Assembly: GCF_000439085.1 (NCBI RefSeq)
Contig: NZ_AUUA01000004.1
Span: forward strand, 180,773-244,772
Direction: 5' to 3'
Length of the DNA stretch: 64,000 bases
Source of the DNA: Leminorella grimontii ATCC 33999 = DSM 5078
GTDB taxonomy: Bacteria; Pseudomonadota; Gammaproteobacteria; Enterobacterales; Enterobacteriaceae
The notes beneath the pieces were generated by a model. That model saw nothing but the letters and a program-made list of their open reading frames with translations, was not told where the DNA came from and did no database searches. Below are positions 28,801-37,436 of the stretch, in pieces. The translations under genes were made by a program, and so were the position numbers. The stretch's first letter is position 1, and each line of letters begins with the position of its first letter.

Positions 28801-30749
28801 TTGGAGAGCATGTCCAAGTCTGCCGACATGGTGTCCATTTCGGCCATTGGCTCGGCCAGTTGGGCGCTGTTGACGGCCTCCTGGGTTTGCTTTTCCAGAT
28901 TTTGCAGGCGCTGATTGAAAGGGACAAGCGCCGCATCGCCGGCAAGAAACGACGCCGTCGCCAGCGAGATACGCTGCTGGCTTTCCGCCAGCTGTTTTTC
29001 CATCTCGTCTAAGCGTGCCAAATCGATATAGCGGTAGTCGCGCAGGGTGATAAGGTGGCCGCGCTGGACGCTCAGGGCGTTTAGCGCATCAACGAACTGC
29101 TGCGCGTCGGTCCAGCTGTCCGGCAGCATGGCGGACAGCAGCTGCTTTTGGCGCGTCGTCGCTTCGTTCATCGCGCGTACGGACTGGCGGCGAATGCTTT
29201 CTACTTTTTCGTATTCGTCCAGCACCAGCTCGCCGGTTTGGGCGATTTCTTTAAGCAGGATGGCGGCAAACAGGCTGTGCTCATCGTTAAGCCAGTAGTA
29301 GATGTCAATCAGGCGACGGGCGTCCTGACTTAGCTTTTCATAAAGCTGAGAGGAGATCTGCTGCTGTTCGATCTCTCTGGCGATGTGGTAAAGGTCGGAA
29401 ATCCCTCGCACCAGCTCGGCGTTGCCGATGCGGCCAAAGAAGCTGTTCTTGGCCGGCTGGCGCGCCGCGAATTCTTCCGAGTAGAAGGGCGTTTGCCAAA
29501 TCTGCATGGGATGAATGCGCGTTGGCTCGTCGGACTGACCTTCAAACAGCACCATTTTGCCGTCTTCCAGCATCGCGTAGCCGTGACCGAACAGCGGATT
29601 TTGCAGCCTGCGTTCGATCATGTTGTAGTTGAACAGCGCCAGTCGGCCTCGGTTGGGCTCATAAAATATGTACATGACGTCTTCGCCGTTTGGCGAACGC
29701 CTCACGCGGCGAAAGCGCATGCCGTCCATCGGCTGGTCGAAGGTTTTGTACTCGCCGTTTTGCAGGTAGTAGCCACCGGGGAAAATGATGCCGTGGTCTT
29801 CCGGCAGCTGGATACAGGCCTGTCCGATGGCGTCGATGCGCTGGACCGTTTGCGTCAGTGTGTTATAGACCAAATAGCGCCAGCTCTCTTCACGGTAGGG
29901 CAGCACTTTGATAAGGATCAGGCTGCCGGTTTGCGCATACTCGATTTGGGCGTCGTCCAGAGATTGGGTTTTATCCAGCACCGCTTCGCGATAGATCCCC
30001 AGCCCGTCCTCGGTGTTGTTTTCACACTTGATGGTCAGATCGCCGCCGATGGTTTCCACAAACACCGTATCAAGGATGTTCATGTGTGGATGTCGGCCGT
30101 TAACGGCATTTTCTCGCGTGGTTTTGTGCCATTCAAAGTCGTAGGCAGGGGGAAGGGCGATGTCGCGCTCGCCGCGGTTATCGATATAGCGGATTTCCGT
30201 CTTATCGCTTGAGATAGACCAGCGGAACACGCGGATGTCGGAGATGCGCTCGCCTATTTGAAAGCTGGCCAAAAGTTTGCCGTCGCGCTCGACCAGCTGT
30301 AGCAGCTGCGTGTTCTTGTAGTAGGTATAAAGCTCGTTGAAGTCCTGCACGAAGCTTTGAACGTTTAAGAACGTACCGGCCAAGGGGACGGACTCGACGT
30401 CGTACTCGCCGTTTTCCTCTTTTAACCGATAGAGAGAGAACACGTCTTCGATGCGGGTTTCTCTTTTTAGCCCGATAAAGACGTTATAGCCAAACAGCAG
30501 CCAGTCGCCGACGCGAACAATATCGCGGGCGACGCAGTTGTTTTCGGTACGAATACGAATGCGGCCGATGGCGTCCATTTGGCTTTTGCCAAACTCTTCC
30601 AGACGCCGGGCATTGAGCACGGCGGCTTTCTCATGCAGCTGTTGACCCTGTTCAGACAGCCGCTTGCGTAAGATATCGTAGGCGCCGCCTTCGGCAACGG
30701 CGTTATCCAATAATTCCTGTTCGCGCTGGTTTGTTTGACTGTCTGACAT
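25812..30749 (-). CDS. giant coiled-coil protein with C-terminal AAA+ ATPase (MoxR/AAA_5-like); unknown function
   Basis: The ORF is open 25812-30857 (1681 aa). The most plausible start is ATG 30749 (MSDSQTNQ, preceded by aaggga), but the start is ambiguous. N-terminal roughly 500 aa is beta-rich. A coiled-coil region of about 500 aa is rich in L/Q/E/R. C-terminal Walker A ISPPGYGKTT, Walker B VMLYVDDIQ, sensor VVMAGNP. Confidence 0.8.
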   Translation of the reverse strand: MSDSQTNQREQELLDNAVAEGGAYDILRKRLSEQGQQLHEKAAVLNARRLEEFGKSQMDAIGRIRIRTENNCVARDIVRVGDWLLFGYNVFIGLKRETRIEDVFSLYRLKEENGEYDVESVPLAGTFLNVQSFVQDFNELYTYYKNTQLLQLVERDGKLLASFQIGERISDIRVFRWSISSDKTEIRYIDNRGERDIALPPAYDFEWHKTTRENAVNGRHPHMNILDTVFVETIGGDLTIKCENNTEDGLGIYREAVLDKTQSLDDAQIEYAQTGSLILIKVLPYREESWRYLVYNTLTQTVQRIDAIGQACIQLPEDHGIIFPGGYYLQNGEYKTFDQPMDGMRFRRVRRSPNGEDVMYIFYEPNRGRLALFNYNMIERRLQNPLFGHGYAMLEDGKMVLFEGQSDEPTRIHPMQIWQTPFYSEEFAARQPAKNSFFGRIGNAELVRGISDLYHIAREIEQQQISSQLYEKLSQDARRLIDIYYWLNDEHSLFAAILLKEIAQTGELVLDEYEKVESIRRQSVRAMNEATTRQKQLLSAMLPDSWTDAQQFVDALNALSVQRGHLITLRDYRYIDLARLDEMEKQLAESQQRISLATASFLAGDAALVPFNQRLQNLEKQTQEAVNSAQLAEPMAEMDTMSADLDMLSNLMASLRFEDTTQQTRIIESISEIYARLNQARARLQQRRKEQTSTESVAQFGAQFKLFSQGIANALSLATDPERCDEQLSRLLVQLEELESQFSEHDEFLNDILGKREELLETFETHKQALLDERQRKAQNLQVAAERLLDSIRRRTAKFNAQDELNAFFASDPLSLKTREIVERLRDLKDSVKADDIDAKFKAARDQAIRSLRDKSEIFENDGSVIKLGPRHRFSVNTQELDLTILPHGDRLFLHLTGTDYQEPLNTPELDELKDYWPISIESESDSVYRAEYLAYSMIYAASKEQDGLTLESLTSLLNQPEALEKAVRDFAAPRYREGYEKGIHDHDAVAILQKLIPVGQSADLLRFNPLARGLAVLFWQHVQKQELPSLWPERARTSLNILQLFRHDSGLLDLQAEIEAELSLFLEQNPISCQPYQQHQAAEYLSLALGRSPLEFTFSKYAKTLLEGLQARLTQAHMWRDFIQSQQNLGHRYAQRWSLIENWLKGLCSLPEYASLCDYVAEAVVLTLLDKSATARFSEADLHFTVSDLMGEHPLIVDRSLHLRLDDYFVRMRKQRKVFIPGYQRYQSLRQEALNEQRNALRLHEFKAKPLSSFVRNKLINDVYLPIIGDNLAKQIGTIGENKRTDLMGLLLMISPPGYGKTTLMEYVANRLGLIFMKINGPALGHDVLSLDPEQAPNATARQELEKLNLALEMGNNVMLYVDDIQHTHPEFLQKFISLCDGTRRIEGVWKGKTKTYDMRGKKFCVVMAGNPYTESGEVFKIPDMLANRADIYNLGEVLGGMEEAFALSYIENSLTSNPVLAPLALRDMNDLYLFVDKAMGKPFSATSLSYQYSEAEISEIVAILERMISLRDVVLKVNQQYIASAAQSDKYRTEPPFKLQGSYRNMNKLAEKISAVMNAAEIRQILDDHYLGEAQLLTQGAEENLLKLAEIRDTMSPEETLRWQQIKRDFMKNKALGGDNADVGDRVVVQLASLVESVQALRN

Positions 30750-30911
30750 AGCGTGTAGCATTCCCTTTAACGATTCTACGCGCGCAGCCAGCGGGCTTAC
30801 GCGCTTCATAAGACTGACTGAGATAAGAACACGGCGCCGTATGCTTATCTCAGCCAACGTGGGCTAAAAACGCCCGACCTTTACCAGAGTAAAAGCCGGG
30901 CGCAGAGGACG

Positions 30912-33089
30912 TTACTCTTCGCTCACGCCGTGGTTGCCTGACGCGCCGGGCAGCGCTTTAGTGGCGCCAAACTGCTTTATCAGCGCCTGAACTTCAGGGT
31001 TTTGCAGCAGGGCGTCGAGGTCCAGCTTTTGGCCGTCCTTGCCGCTTAACAGCTTGTCGACCACGTTTTGCACCAGCGGGCTCTTTTCCACCACGCCGTT
31101 AATGGCTTTGCCTACGCTTAGCGCTTTAGAGAAGGTGTTAAAGAAGCTGCCGTCACCGCCCACAATGTCGATATTGGTCTTGCTGAGGGCCGACGCCAGA
31201 ACCTCCGCCTGCTCGCGAGCAATCTCTTTGTTGGCGGCAATTTCGGCCATGGCCTGCTCAAAGTGCTTCTCAAGACGCATGCGGAACTCTTCGTGGCTAC
31301 GTGCCGTATCGTTGAGGTTGCCCATAGCGGTGAACTTGTCGGTCAGACCGTCCGCCTCGGCCTTCAGGCGCTGGCGAATCACTTCGGCCTGCGCGGAGCC
31401 CAGTTGGCCCTCACCGCGAGCCTGTGCGCTCAGTTTTTCTTCCAGGATCTTGGCTTCCGCCAGACCCAGCTTCTCGTTAGCGGTGGCCTGCTGTTCGTCG
31501 CCGCGCGCTTGAGCGCTCAGCTTCTCTTCCAGCACCTTCGCGTCCGCCAGCCCTTGCTTCTGAGCGGCTTCGGCCTGCGCTTCCATCACGCGAGCCTGAG
31601 CCAGACCTTTTTCCTGAGTGCCGCGGGCTTCAGCCAGCAGTTTTTCGGCGGTGATGTTAGCCTGTACCAGACCCTCTTTCTCTTCCGCCTCGGCCTGCGC
31701 TTGGCGCACGCGAGCTTCCGCTAGCCCGGTTGCGGCCTGCTCGGCCTCGATACCTTCGGCCATACGCTTCTTGGCTTCCGCCTGCTTGGCGGCGGCTTCC
31801 AATTCGGCCTGAGCCATGGTGCTTATTTCCAACGCCCTAAACTTCGCGCTGTTTTCATCGGCTTCCGCCTGCTTGACCTGGCGCACCAGCTCCTGCTCGG
31901 CTGCGGCCTGCGCCTGGATCACGGTGACCTGCTTCTGACGGTCGGCGTCGGAGATCAGGCGAACTTCTTTGATGCGCTCTTCTTCCTGAGCGACGGTTTT
32001 TTCCACCGCGACGCGCTCGCGGATCACGTTAGCGATGTTCTTACGCTCTTCTTCCAGCGCCTTCTCTTTTTCGATGCGCTGCAGCTCGACTTCACGCTGG
32101 CGAGAGACCACTTCCAGCTCTTTCGCGCGGGTGACCTTTTCCATTTCAATGGTGACCGCGCGGGTGCGGTTTTGCTGTGCGACTTCCACTTCACGCAGGC
32201 GATTTTCTTCGCGAATTTCAATTTCCTGCTGGGTTTGGATGCGGGCCTGTTCGGCCTTCAGGCGCTCTTCTTCCTTCACGCGCAGCGTTTCAGCCGCTTC
32301 ACGTGCGCGGATGCTCTCGATTTCGCGCTGCTGGCGGGCTTCGGCGTCGGCCTGCTGACGCTCCAGCGCCAGGCTGGCTTCGCGGGTTTCCACGTTTTTC
32401 TTCTGGATGGCCAATTCCTGATCGCGTTCTTTCTGGTTGGTCTCGATGTTGTGGATAGCCGTGATTTCGGTGATCTTACGGATACCTTCGGCATCGAAGA
32501 TGTTGTTCGGATCGAGGGAGCTTTTCGGCGTTTGTTCCAAATAGTCGATGGCGACGTCTTCCAGCGCGTAGCCGTTAAGATCTTCACCGATAACGTCAAC
32601 GATGCGGTTGCGGAAGTTCTGGCGGTCTTCAAACAGCTTGGACAGCTCGAACTGCTTACCGACGGTTTTCAGCGCTTCGGAGAACTTGGCGTTAAACAGC
32701 TCGCTGACCGCCTGGTGATCGGAGGCGCGGTCTACGCCGATAGACTTGGCGACCTTCAGCACGTCTTCCGTTGTTTCATTTACGCGCAGGTAGAAGGCAA
32801 CGGTGATGTCGGCGCGCAGGTTGTCTTTACAGATAAGGCCGTCTTTGCCGCGGCGGTCTACTTCAAGCGTCAGCAGCGAAATGCGCATGAACTCTTTTTT
32901 GTAGATAACGGGATAAACCAGCGCGCCGGTAAAGTGCACCTTGGGCTGAGCGGTCATGTCGTTGACGATAAGCGCCGTCCCCTGAGGCACCTTGATGTAG
33001 AACGCCTTAAAAAGTCCAAATACGCCTAAAATAAAGACGATGAACCCGCCGATGCCGACGAGAAACGGCATGAGGTTTTCCATAGCCAT
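30912..33089 (-). CDS. yqiK: flotillin-family SPFH/band-7 protein (YqiK-like, extended 725 aa)
   Basis: N-terminal TM then SPFH core (KVPQGTALIVNDM...RADITVAFYLRVN). Long E/A/R/Q-rich coiled coil with internal tandem repeats (AKVLEEKLSAQARGDEQ / AKILEEKLSAQARGEGQ). Flotillin C-terminal region. Confidence 0.85.
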   Translation of the reverse strand: MAMENLMPFLVGIGGFIVFILGVFGLFKAFYIKVPQGTALIVNDMTAQPKVHFTGALVYPVIYKKEFMRISLLTLEVDRRGKDGLICKDNLRADITVAFYLRVNETTEDVLKVAKSIGVDRASDHQAVSELFNAKFSEALKTVGKQFELSKLFEDRQNFRNRIVDVIGEDLNGYALEDVAIDYLEQTPKSSLDPNNIFDAEGIRKITEITAIHNIETNQKERDQELAIQKKNVETREASLALERQQADAEARQQREIESIRAREAAETLRVKEEERLKAEQARIQTQQEIEIREENRLREVEVAQQNRTRAVTIEMEKVTRAKELEVVSRQREVELQRIEKEKALEEERKNIANVIRERVAVEKTVAQEEERIKEVRLISDADRQKQVTVIQAQAAAEQELVRQVKQAEADENSAKFRALEISTMAQAELEAAAKQAEAKKRMAEGIEAEQAATGLAEARVRQAQAEAEEKEGLVQANITAEKLLAEARGTQEKGLAQARVMEAQAEAAQKQGLADAKVLEEKLSAQARGDEQQATANEKLGLAEAKILEEKLSAQARGEGQLGSAQAEVIRQRLKAEADGLTDKFTAMGNLNDTARSHEEFRMRLEKHFEQAMAEIAANKEIAREQAEVLASALSKTNIDIVGGDGSFFNTFSKALSVGKAINGVVEKSPLVQNVVDKLLSGKDGQKLDLDALLQNPEVQALIKQFGATKALPGASGNHGVSEE

Positions 33090-33268
33090 AAGATGAGTGT
33101 CTCCGTGTTATACAAAGGGGGCTGGGCCCATAAGCTTAAGGTTTAAAACCGCTACCGGCTTTTAGTCGATAGCCATTATTCGAATTCGCCCCGAGCGCCG
33201 TAAGGGAGAAGGGCCGCGCTTGAACGAGCCGCGGCATTCCCACAACATGCAACGGGTAGTGCGCGAGG

Positions 33269-33913
33269 CTATAGTCGATTAAATTCTTCTTCGCTGACCA
33301 CGTCATAGCTGTGGGTTGCGGCGCTGTAGCTGATAATGACGACGAGGTCTCCGCGCTTGAGGCCTGCGTCTTCCGCCGCTCTGATTTGTAAGATAAGGCC
33401 AGCGCCGCCGTCTTCCATCAGGGCTTCGCCACGGCGCTCCGTGACGCTGTCTGAGCGCACTTTAGCCACTTTGCCGATCAGGTTTTTTACGCTTTTTTCT
33501 ACGTTGGTTTTAGCGAGGATCGGGCGAAACGGTTTCAGGATGAAGGCGGTTATCAGCAAGGCTACAAACGAGACAACAACAAGTACGACGACGCCGAGCG
33601 GATAACGAATCAGGTCGGTGTCAATAAATCGTAAGAACCAGTGAACGCTAAAGTAGCTCATAAACCAGCCGATAAAGCTGAAAAATGAGAGGATGATGGT
33701 GATGGGAATGCCCGCCAGGCCGAACTTCGCCAGCCAGCCGGCCAAGCCGCTGAGGTCTGCGCCATCGATGTCGACATCGGGCGTGTCAACGTTGAGAATA
33801 TCGGCGTCCATAAGGCCAAAAGAGGCGCTTATCCAATAAAGTAGCGTCAGAACCAGCAGGCCGCTGAAGATGATTGCCGGGAAGGTTAGACAGTTTTGCA
33901 AGAATACGGCCAT
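33269..33913 (-). CDS. yqiJ: NfeD-like short-form membrane protein (YqiJ-like)
   Basis: 214 aa. N-terminal TM helices plus C-terminal OB-fold-like soluble domain (KVAKVRSDSVTERRGEALMEDGGAGLILQIR...GDLVVII). Canonical partner of SPFH genes. Confidence 0.75.
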   Translation of the reverse strand: MAVFLQNCLTFPAIIFSGLLVLTLLYWISASFGLMDADILNVDTPDVDIDGADLSGLAGWLAKFGLAGIPITIILSFFSFIGWFMSYFSVHWFLRFIDTDLIRYPLGVVVLVVVSFVALLITAFILKPFRPILAKTNVEKSVKNLIGKVAKVRSDSVTERRGEALMEDGGAGLILQIRAAEDAGLKRGDLVVIISYSAATHSYDVVSEEEFNRL

Positions 33914-34227
33914 CAGAATCCTTTCTAAAATAGTGTATCAAGGTGAGTGTCCAAAACTGTCTTTAAGTAGAACAGTTTTTGCCTCGCTTTTGTAGTGCAA
34001 ATCCCCGCTTTTTTCGTTTTTTGAGACCCTAAGTTCGATGTTCGTATTATTTTTAACCAGTTATGCGCTGAAAGAAAAAATCAGAAAGAAAATCAGCGAG
34101 TAAAACACGTTTATCAGCGGCGTGGCGATCGAGTATAGTGGCGGCTTAACGTTATAACGTCGTGACCGTTTATCGGACGCTGAGCTTAGCTCATTCATAT
34201 TTATCAGCTTAGGAGCGTTGACCTGCC

Positions 34228-35061
34228 ATGCGTGGACCTTACGCCGTTCTCTTTTTATTTTTGCTGGCAATCGCGTCGGGCTGCACCCCGCTTAAGGACA
34301 GGGGAGACTATTGGGTTGACGAAAGTTACTCAGCGATAGGCTGTGAACCGCGCATTCAATCGCTGATTTTCCACTATACGGCGGAAAACTTTCCCGTTTC
34401 TTTGCGGGAGCTGACCGGCGAGCGGGTCAGCAGCCATTACCTTATCGACAGTGAGCCTCAGACGATAGGAGGAAAGCCGACCGTCTTTCAACTGGTGCCC
34501 GAATCGCAAAAGGCCTGGCACGCAGGGGCAAGCTTTTGGCGCGGTCAGTACAGGCTGAACGATACGTCGATTGGCATTGAAATCGTTAACTGGGGCTTTA
34601 GGGATGAACCGAACGTAGAGCGCTGGCAGCCCTACAGCGAAAGCCAGATTGAGCTGCTCATTGCGATGTCGAAGGACATCATTGCGCGCTATAACATAAG
34701 GCCGGAAAACGTGCTCGGCCACAGCGACGTGTCGCCGCAGCGTAAAGTCGATCCGGGGCCGCTGTTCCCTTGGGAGCGGCTTGCTCAAGCGGGCATTGGC
34801 GCTTGGCCGAATGCGGACGATGTAGCCAGACGCCTGAGCGTACGGCGCGAACGGGAAGCGGTCAACCTTGAAGAGCTGCAAACCAACCTGAAGCGTTACG
34901 GCTACGAAATAGACGTCAGCGACCGCATGGATGCGCAAACGCGCAGCGTAGTCAAAGCGTTCCAGATGCACTTTCGTCCGTCAAACTACGACGGCGTGCC
35001 GGATGCCGAAACGATGGCCATTCTGGATGCGCTGCTGATGAAGTATCACGACGGCTTTTGA
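34228..35061 (+). CDS. amiD: N-acetylmuramoyl-L-alanine amidase AmiD (amidase_2 family lipoprotein)
   Basis: Lipobox LAIASGC. Zn-amidase motifs IFHYTAE...AWHAG...HSDVSP. C-terminal peptidoglycan-binding-like domain. Collinear with E. coli AmiD (276 aa). Confidence 0.9.
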   Translation: MRGPYAVLFLFLLAIASGCTPLKDRGDYWVDESYSAIGCEPRIQSLIFHYTAENFPVSLRELTGERVSSHYLIDSEPQTIGGKPTVFQLVPESQKAWHAGASFWRGQYRLNDTSIGIEIVNWGFRDEPNVERWQPYSESQIELLIAMSKDIIARYNIRPENVLGHSDVSPQRKVDPGPLFPWERLAQAGIGAWPNADDVARRLSVRREREAVNLEELQTNLKRYGYEIDVSDRMDAQTRSVVKAFQMHFRPSNYDGVPDAETMAILDALLMKYHDGF

Positions 35062-36491
35062 CCGTCGCGCTCTAACGCCAGCTCCGCGATGCGCTTCGCC
35101 ATGCCCTTAAAGATGAACAGATGGGCCGGCATCATGGCGAACCAGTAAAGAAGCCCGTTGAAACCGGCCGGATGCCACCACGCCCGCACGTCAATTTGGC
35201 GATACTGAGTCGTATCCGTAATGGTCAGAGTGAGTCTCCCCAGCCCCGGCGCCTTCATGCGAAACAGCATGGCCAGCTGTTTTTGCGGTTTGATAGTAAT
35301 TACCTGCCAGGCGTCGATGCGATCGTCTATCTGAAGCTCTTCCCGGTCGGGACGGCCATAGCGCTTTTCTCCGCCGACCAAATCGTCTAAAACCGCGCGG
35401 ATTTTCCACAGTACGTTAGCGTAGAAATAGCCGCGCTCTCCGCCGATTTGCTGGCAGACCCACCACAGGCTTTCGGCGCTGGCGCGGGTTTTCACGCTAT
35501 AGCCCGCCTGTTTGGGATAAAAGGCGTATCCGGGCCGCCAGCGGGCTTTGGCTTCGGGGGAATAGCCCCAGTCGGTGGAGTTAACCGCCTGTTGCTCTTT
35601 TTGCATCGTCCTGCGCACCGCTTCGTCATAGTCGATGAGGGTCTGCGGGATAAGCCTGCGTATTTGCGTATCGTCGGCCGGTAAATCGTGCTTTAGCCCC
35701 TCAATCAGCGCTTTTGCCGTAGAGGTCGGCACGGTGGTTATCATATTCAGCCAGTAGATGGAAATCAGCTGTGTAGGCAGCGGAATAGGGATTATCCAGC
35801 GCTTTTTCCCCGCAAGGCGAATGAAGCGCTCAAACATGTTTTGATAGCTAATATATTCCGGGCCGCCGAGGTCGAAAATTCGATGCTCCTCAGAGGGATG
35901 CGCCAGAATTTTTGACAGGTAAATCAGCAGGTTTTCCAGTGCGATAGGAGAGGACTTGGAGCGCACCCAGCGTGGCGGAGTCAGCACCGGCAGGCTGTAG
36001 ACCATGTCCCTCATGACTTCAAACGCCGCTGAACCTGCGCCGATGACGATCCCTGCGCGCAGCTCAGTAACAGGAATACCGCTGGCGCGCAGAACTTCAC
36101 CGGTAATTTTTCTCGCCGTCAGGTGCAGAGAATGGCTACGCTCTTTGGGCTGAAGCGCGCTTAAAAAGACGATTTGCTTAACGCTAGAGAAACGCAGCGC
36201 CTGCTGCAAGTTTTGTGCAGCCAGGCGCTCGCTGTAGAGAAAATCGCTGTTATCCGCCATGCCGTGTACCAGATAGTAAAGGACGTCGACGTTGTTTAGC
36301 ACCGGCGCGATGGTTTCCGGCTGCAAAAGGTCAACGTACTGGCAGGACACGTTAGGAAAATTCTGTTCTTCCAGCCAGCCGATTCGCCGACCGGCGGCAA
36401 CGACCCGATGGCCATCGGCAACGAGATAGGGAAGGAGGTTTTGGCCAATATAGCCGCTGGCTCCTAAAACCAGTACGCGTAGTGGCGTCAT
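35046..36491 (-). CDS. ybjT: NAD(P)-binding SDR-family protein fused to DUF2867 (YbjT)
   Basis: The start is ATG 36491 (MTPLRVLVLGASGYIGQNL Rossmann motif). The 87-codon upstream extension is rejected. Overlaps the amiD 3' end by 16 nt (convergent). E. coli has the same amiD-ybjT neighbourhood. Confidence 0.85.
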   Translation of the reverse strand: MTPLRVLVLGASGYIGQNLLPYLVADGHRVVAAGRRIGWLEEQNFPNVSCQYVDLLQPETIAPVLNNVDVLYYLVHGMADNSDFLYSERLAAQNLQQALRFSSVKQIVFLSALQPKERSHSLHLTARKITGEVLRASGIPVTELRAGIVIGAGSAAFEVMRDMVYSLPVLTPPRWVRSKSSPIALENLLIYLSKILAHPSEEHRIFDLGGPEYISYQNMFERFIRLAGKKRWIIPIPLPTQLISIYWLNMITTVPTSTAKALIEGLKHDLPADDTQIRRLIPQTLIDYDEAVRRTMQKEQQAVNSTDWGYSPEAKARWRPGYAFYPKQAGYSVKTRASAESLWWVCQQIGGERGYFYANVLWKIRAVLDDLVGGEKRYGRPDREELQIDDRIDAWQVITIKPQKQLAMLFRMKAPGLGRLTLTITDTTQYRQIDVRAWWHPAGFNGLLYWFAMMPAHLFIFKGMAKRIAELALERDGQKPS

Positions 36492-36656
36492 AGGGTGTGA
36501 CCTTAACCTATAGATTCTAAATAGTTCGAGTATAGTCGTAGTCGTGGAGATGCGGCTCGATAAAATAGACTCTATCATAGTGAAAGTTAAAAAGTTATTT
36601 TTCTGTATCTTTTCTGTTAAATTACGGCGACTGTGCCTGCCGCATGAGAATGAGCA

Positions 36657-37391
36657 ATGAAAGAAAATATTTACGACAGCGAGCGCTTTTTTGAAAAATA
36701 CCGCCGTTTTCCCCGTTCGGTTCAGGGGTTGGCCGCGGCGGGTGAGTGGCACGAGCTGGAAAAAATGCTGCCTGACTTCGCTGGAAAAAGGGTGCTGGAT
36801 TTAGGCTGCGGTTTTGGCTGGCACTGTATTTACGCCGCCGAGCGCGGTGCGGCATCGGTGCTGGGTACGGATATTTCCGCCAACATGCTGTCCGTCGCCC
36901 GAGAAAAGACTGGCTTTTCGAACGTGGAGTATCGGCAAATAGCGATAGAGGACGTTAACCTGACGGCACACAGCGTGGACGTGGTTATCAGCTCTCTGGC
37001 GCTGCACTACGTCGAAGACTTTGAAAGCGTCTGCCAGCGGGTGTATGAAGGGCTAGCGCCAGGCGGTACGTTCGTCTTTTCCGTCGAACACCCGGCGTTT
37101 ACCGCCTACGGTACGCAGGATTGGTTCTACGATAAGCAGGGAAACCGCCTGCATTGGCCGGTCGATCGCTATTTTACGCAAGGGTGGCGCAAAGCGGTCT
37201 TTTTAGGTGAAGAGGTGCCCAAGCACCATAAGACGCTGACGACCTACATTAACGGGCTGCTGAAAAGCGGATTCAGGTTAACTTCGCTAGTAGAACCTCA
37301 GCCTGCGCCGCATTTATTGGAGACGGTGCCGGAGATGGCCGACGAGCTTCGCCGCCCGATGATGCTGCTGGCGGCGGCGGTTAAGCCCTAA
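36657..37391 (+). CDS. class I SAM-dependent methyltransferase (Methyltransf_11)
   Basis: VLDLGCGFGWH motif I, DVVISSLALHYV motif II/III. 244 aa. Confidence 0.8.
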   Translation: MKENIYDSERFFEKYRRFPRSVQGLAAAGEWHELEKMLPDFAGKRVLDLGCGFGWHCIYAAERGAASVLGTDISANMLSVAREKTGFSNVEYRQIAIEDVNLTAHSVDVVISSLALHYVEDFESVCQRVYEGLAPGGTFVFSVEHPAFTAYGTQDWFYDKQGNRLHWPVDRYFTQGWRKAVFLGEEVPKHHKTLTTYINGLLKSGFRLTSLVEPQPAPHLLETVPEMADELRRPMMLLAAAVKP

Positions 37392-37436
37392 TGGCGCGTT
37401 GGTCGCCGAGAGGTGGCGACCGTATTTACACGTGCG

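Noticed and set aside
26288-30697. Numerous 60-275-aa ORFs on both strands inside the giant AAA+ gene (e.g. 29385-30212 +, 26314-26608 -)
   Set aside because: All lie within a single long uninterrupted 1681-codon frame with coherent domain content. They are alternative-frame artefacts of GC-rich sequence.
31039-32632. Cluster of Ala/Ser/Arg-rich ORFs on both strands inside the flotillin gene
   Set aside because: Generated by the repetitive GC-rich coiled-coil-encoding repeats. The flotillin frame is the only one with SPFH homology.
35046-36752. 87-codon N-terminal extension of ybjT (ORF start 36752)
   Set aside because: Homology and the Rossmann motif begin at MTPLRVLVLGASGYIG (ATG 36491). 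The extension overlaps the divergent methyltransferase promoter.
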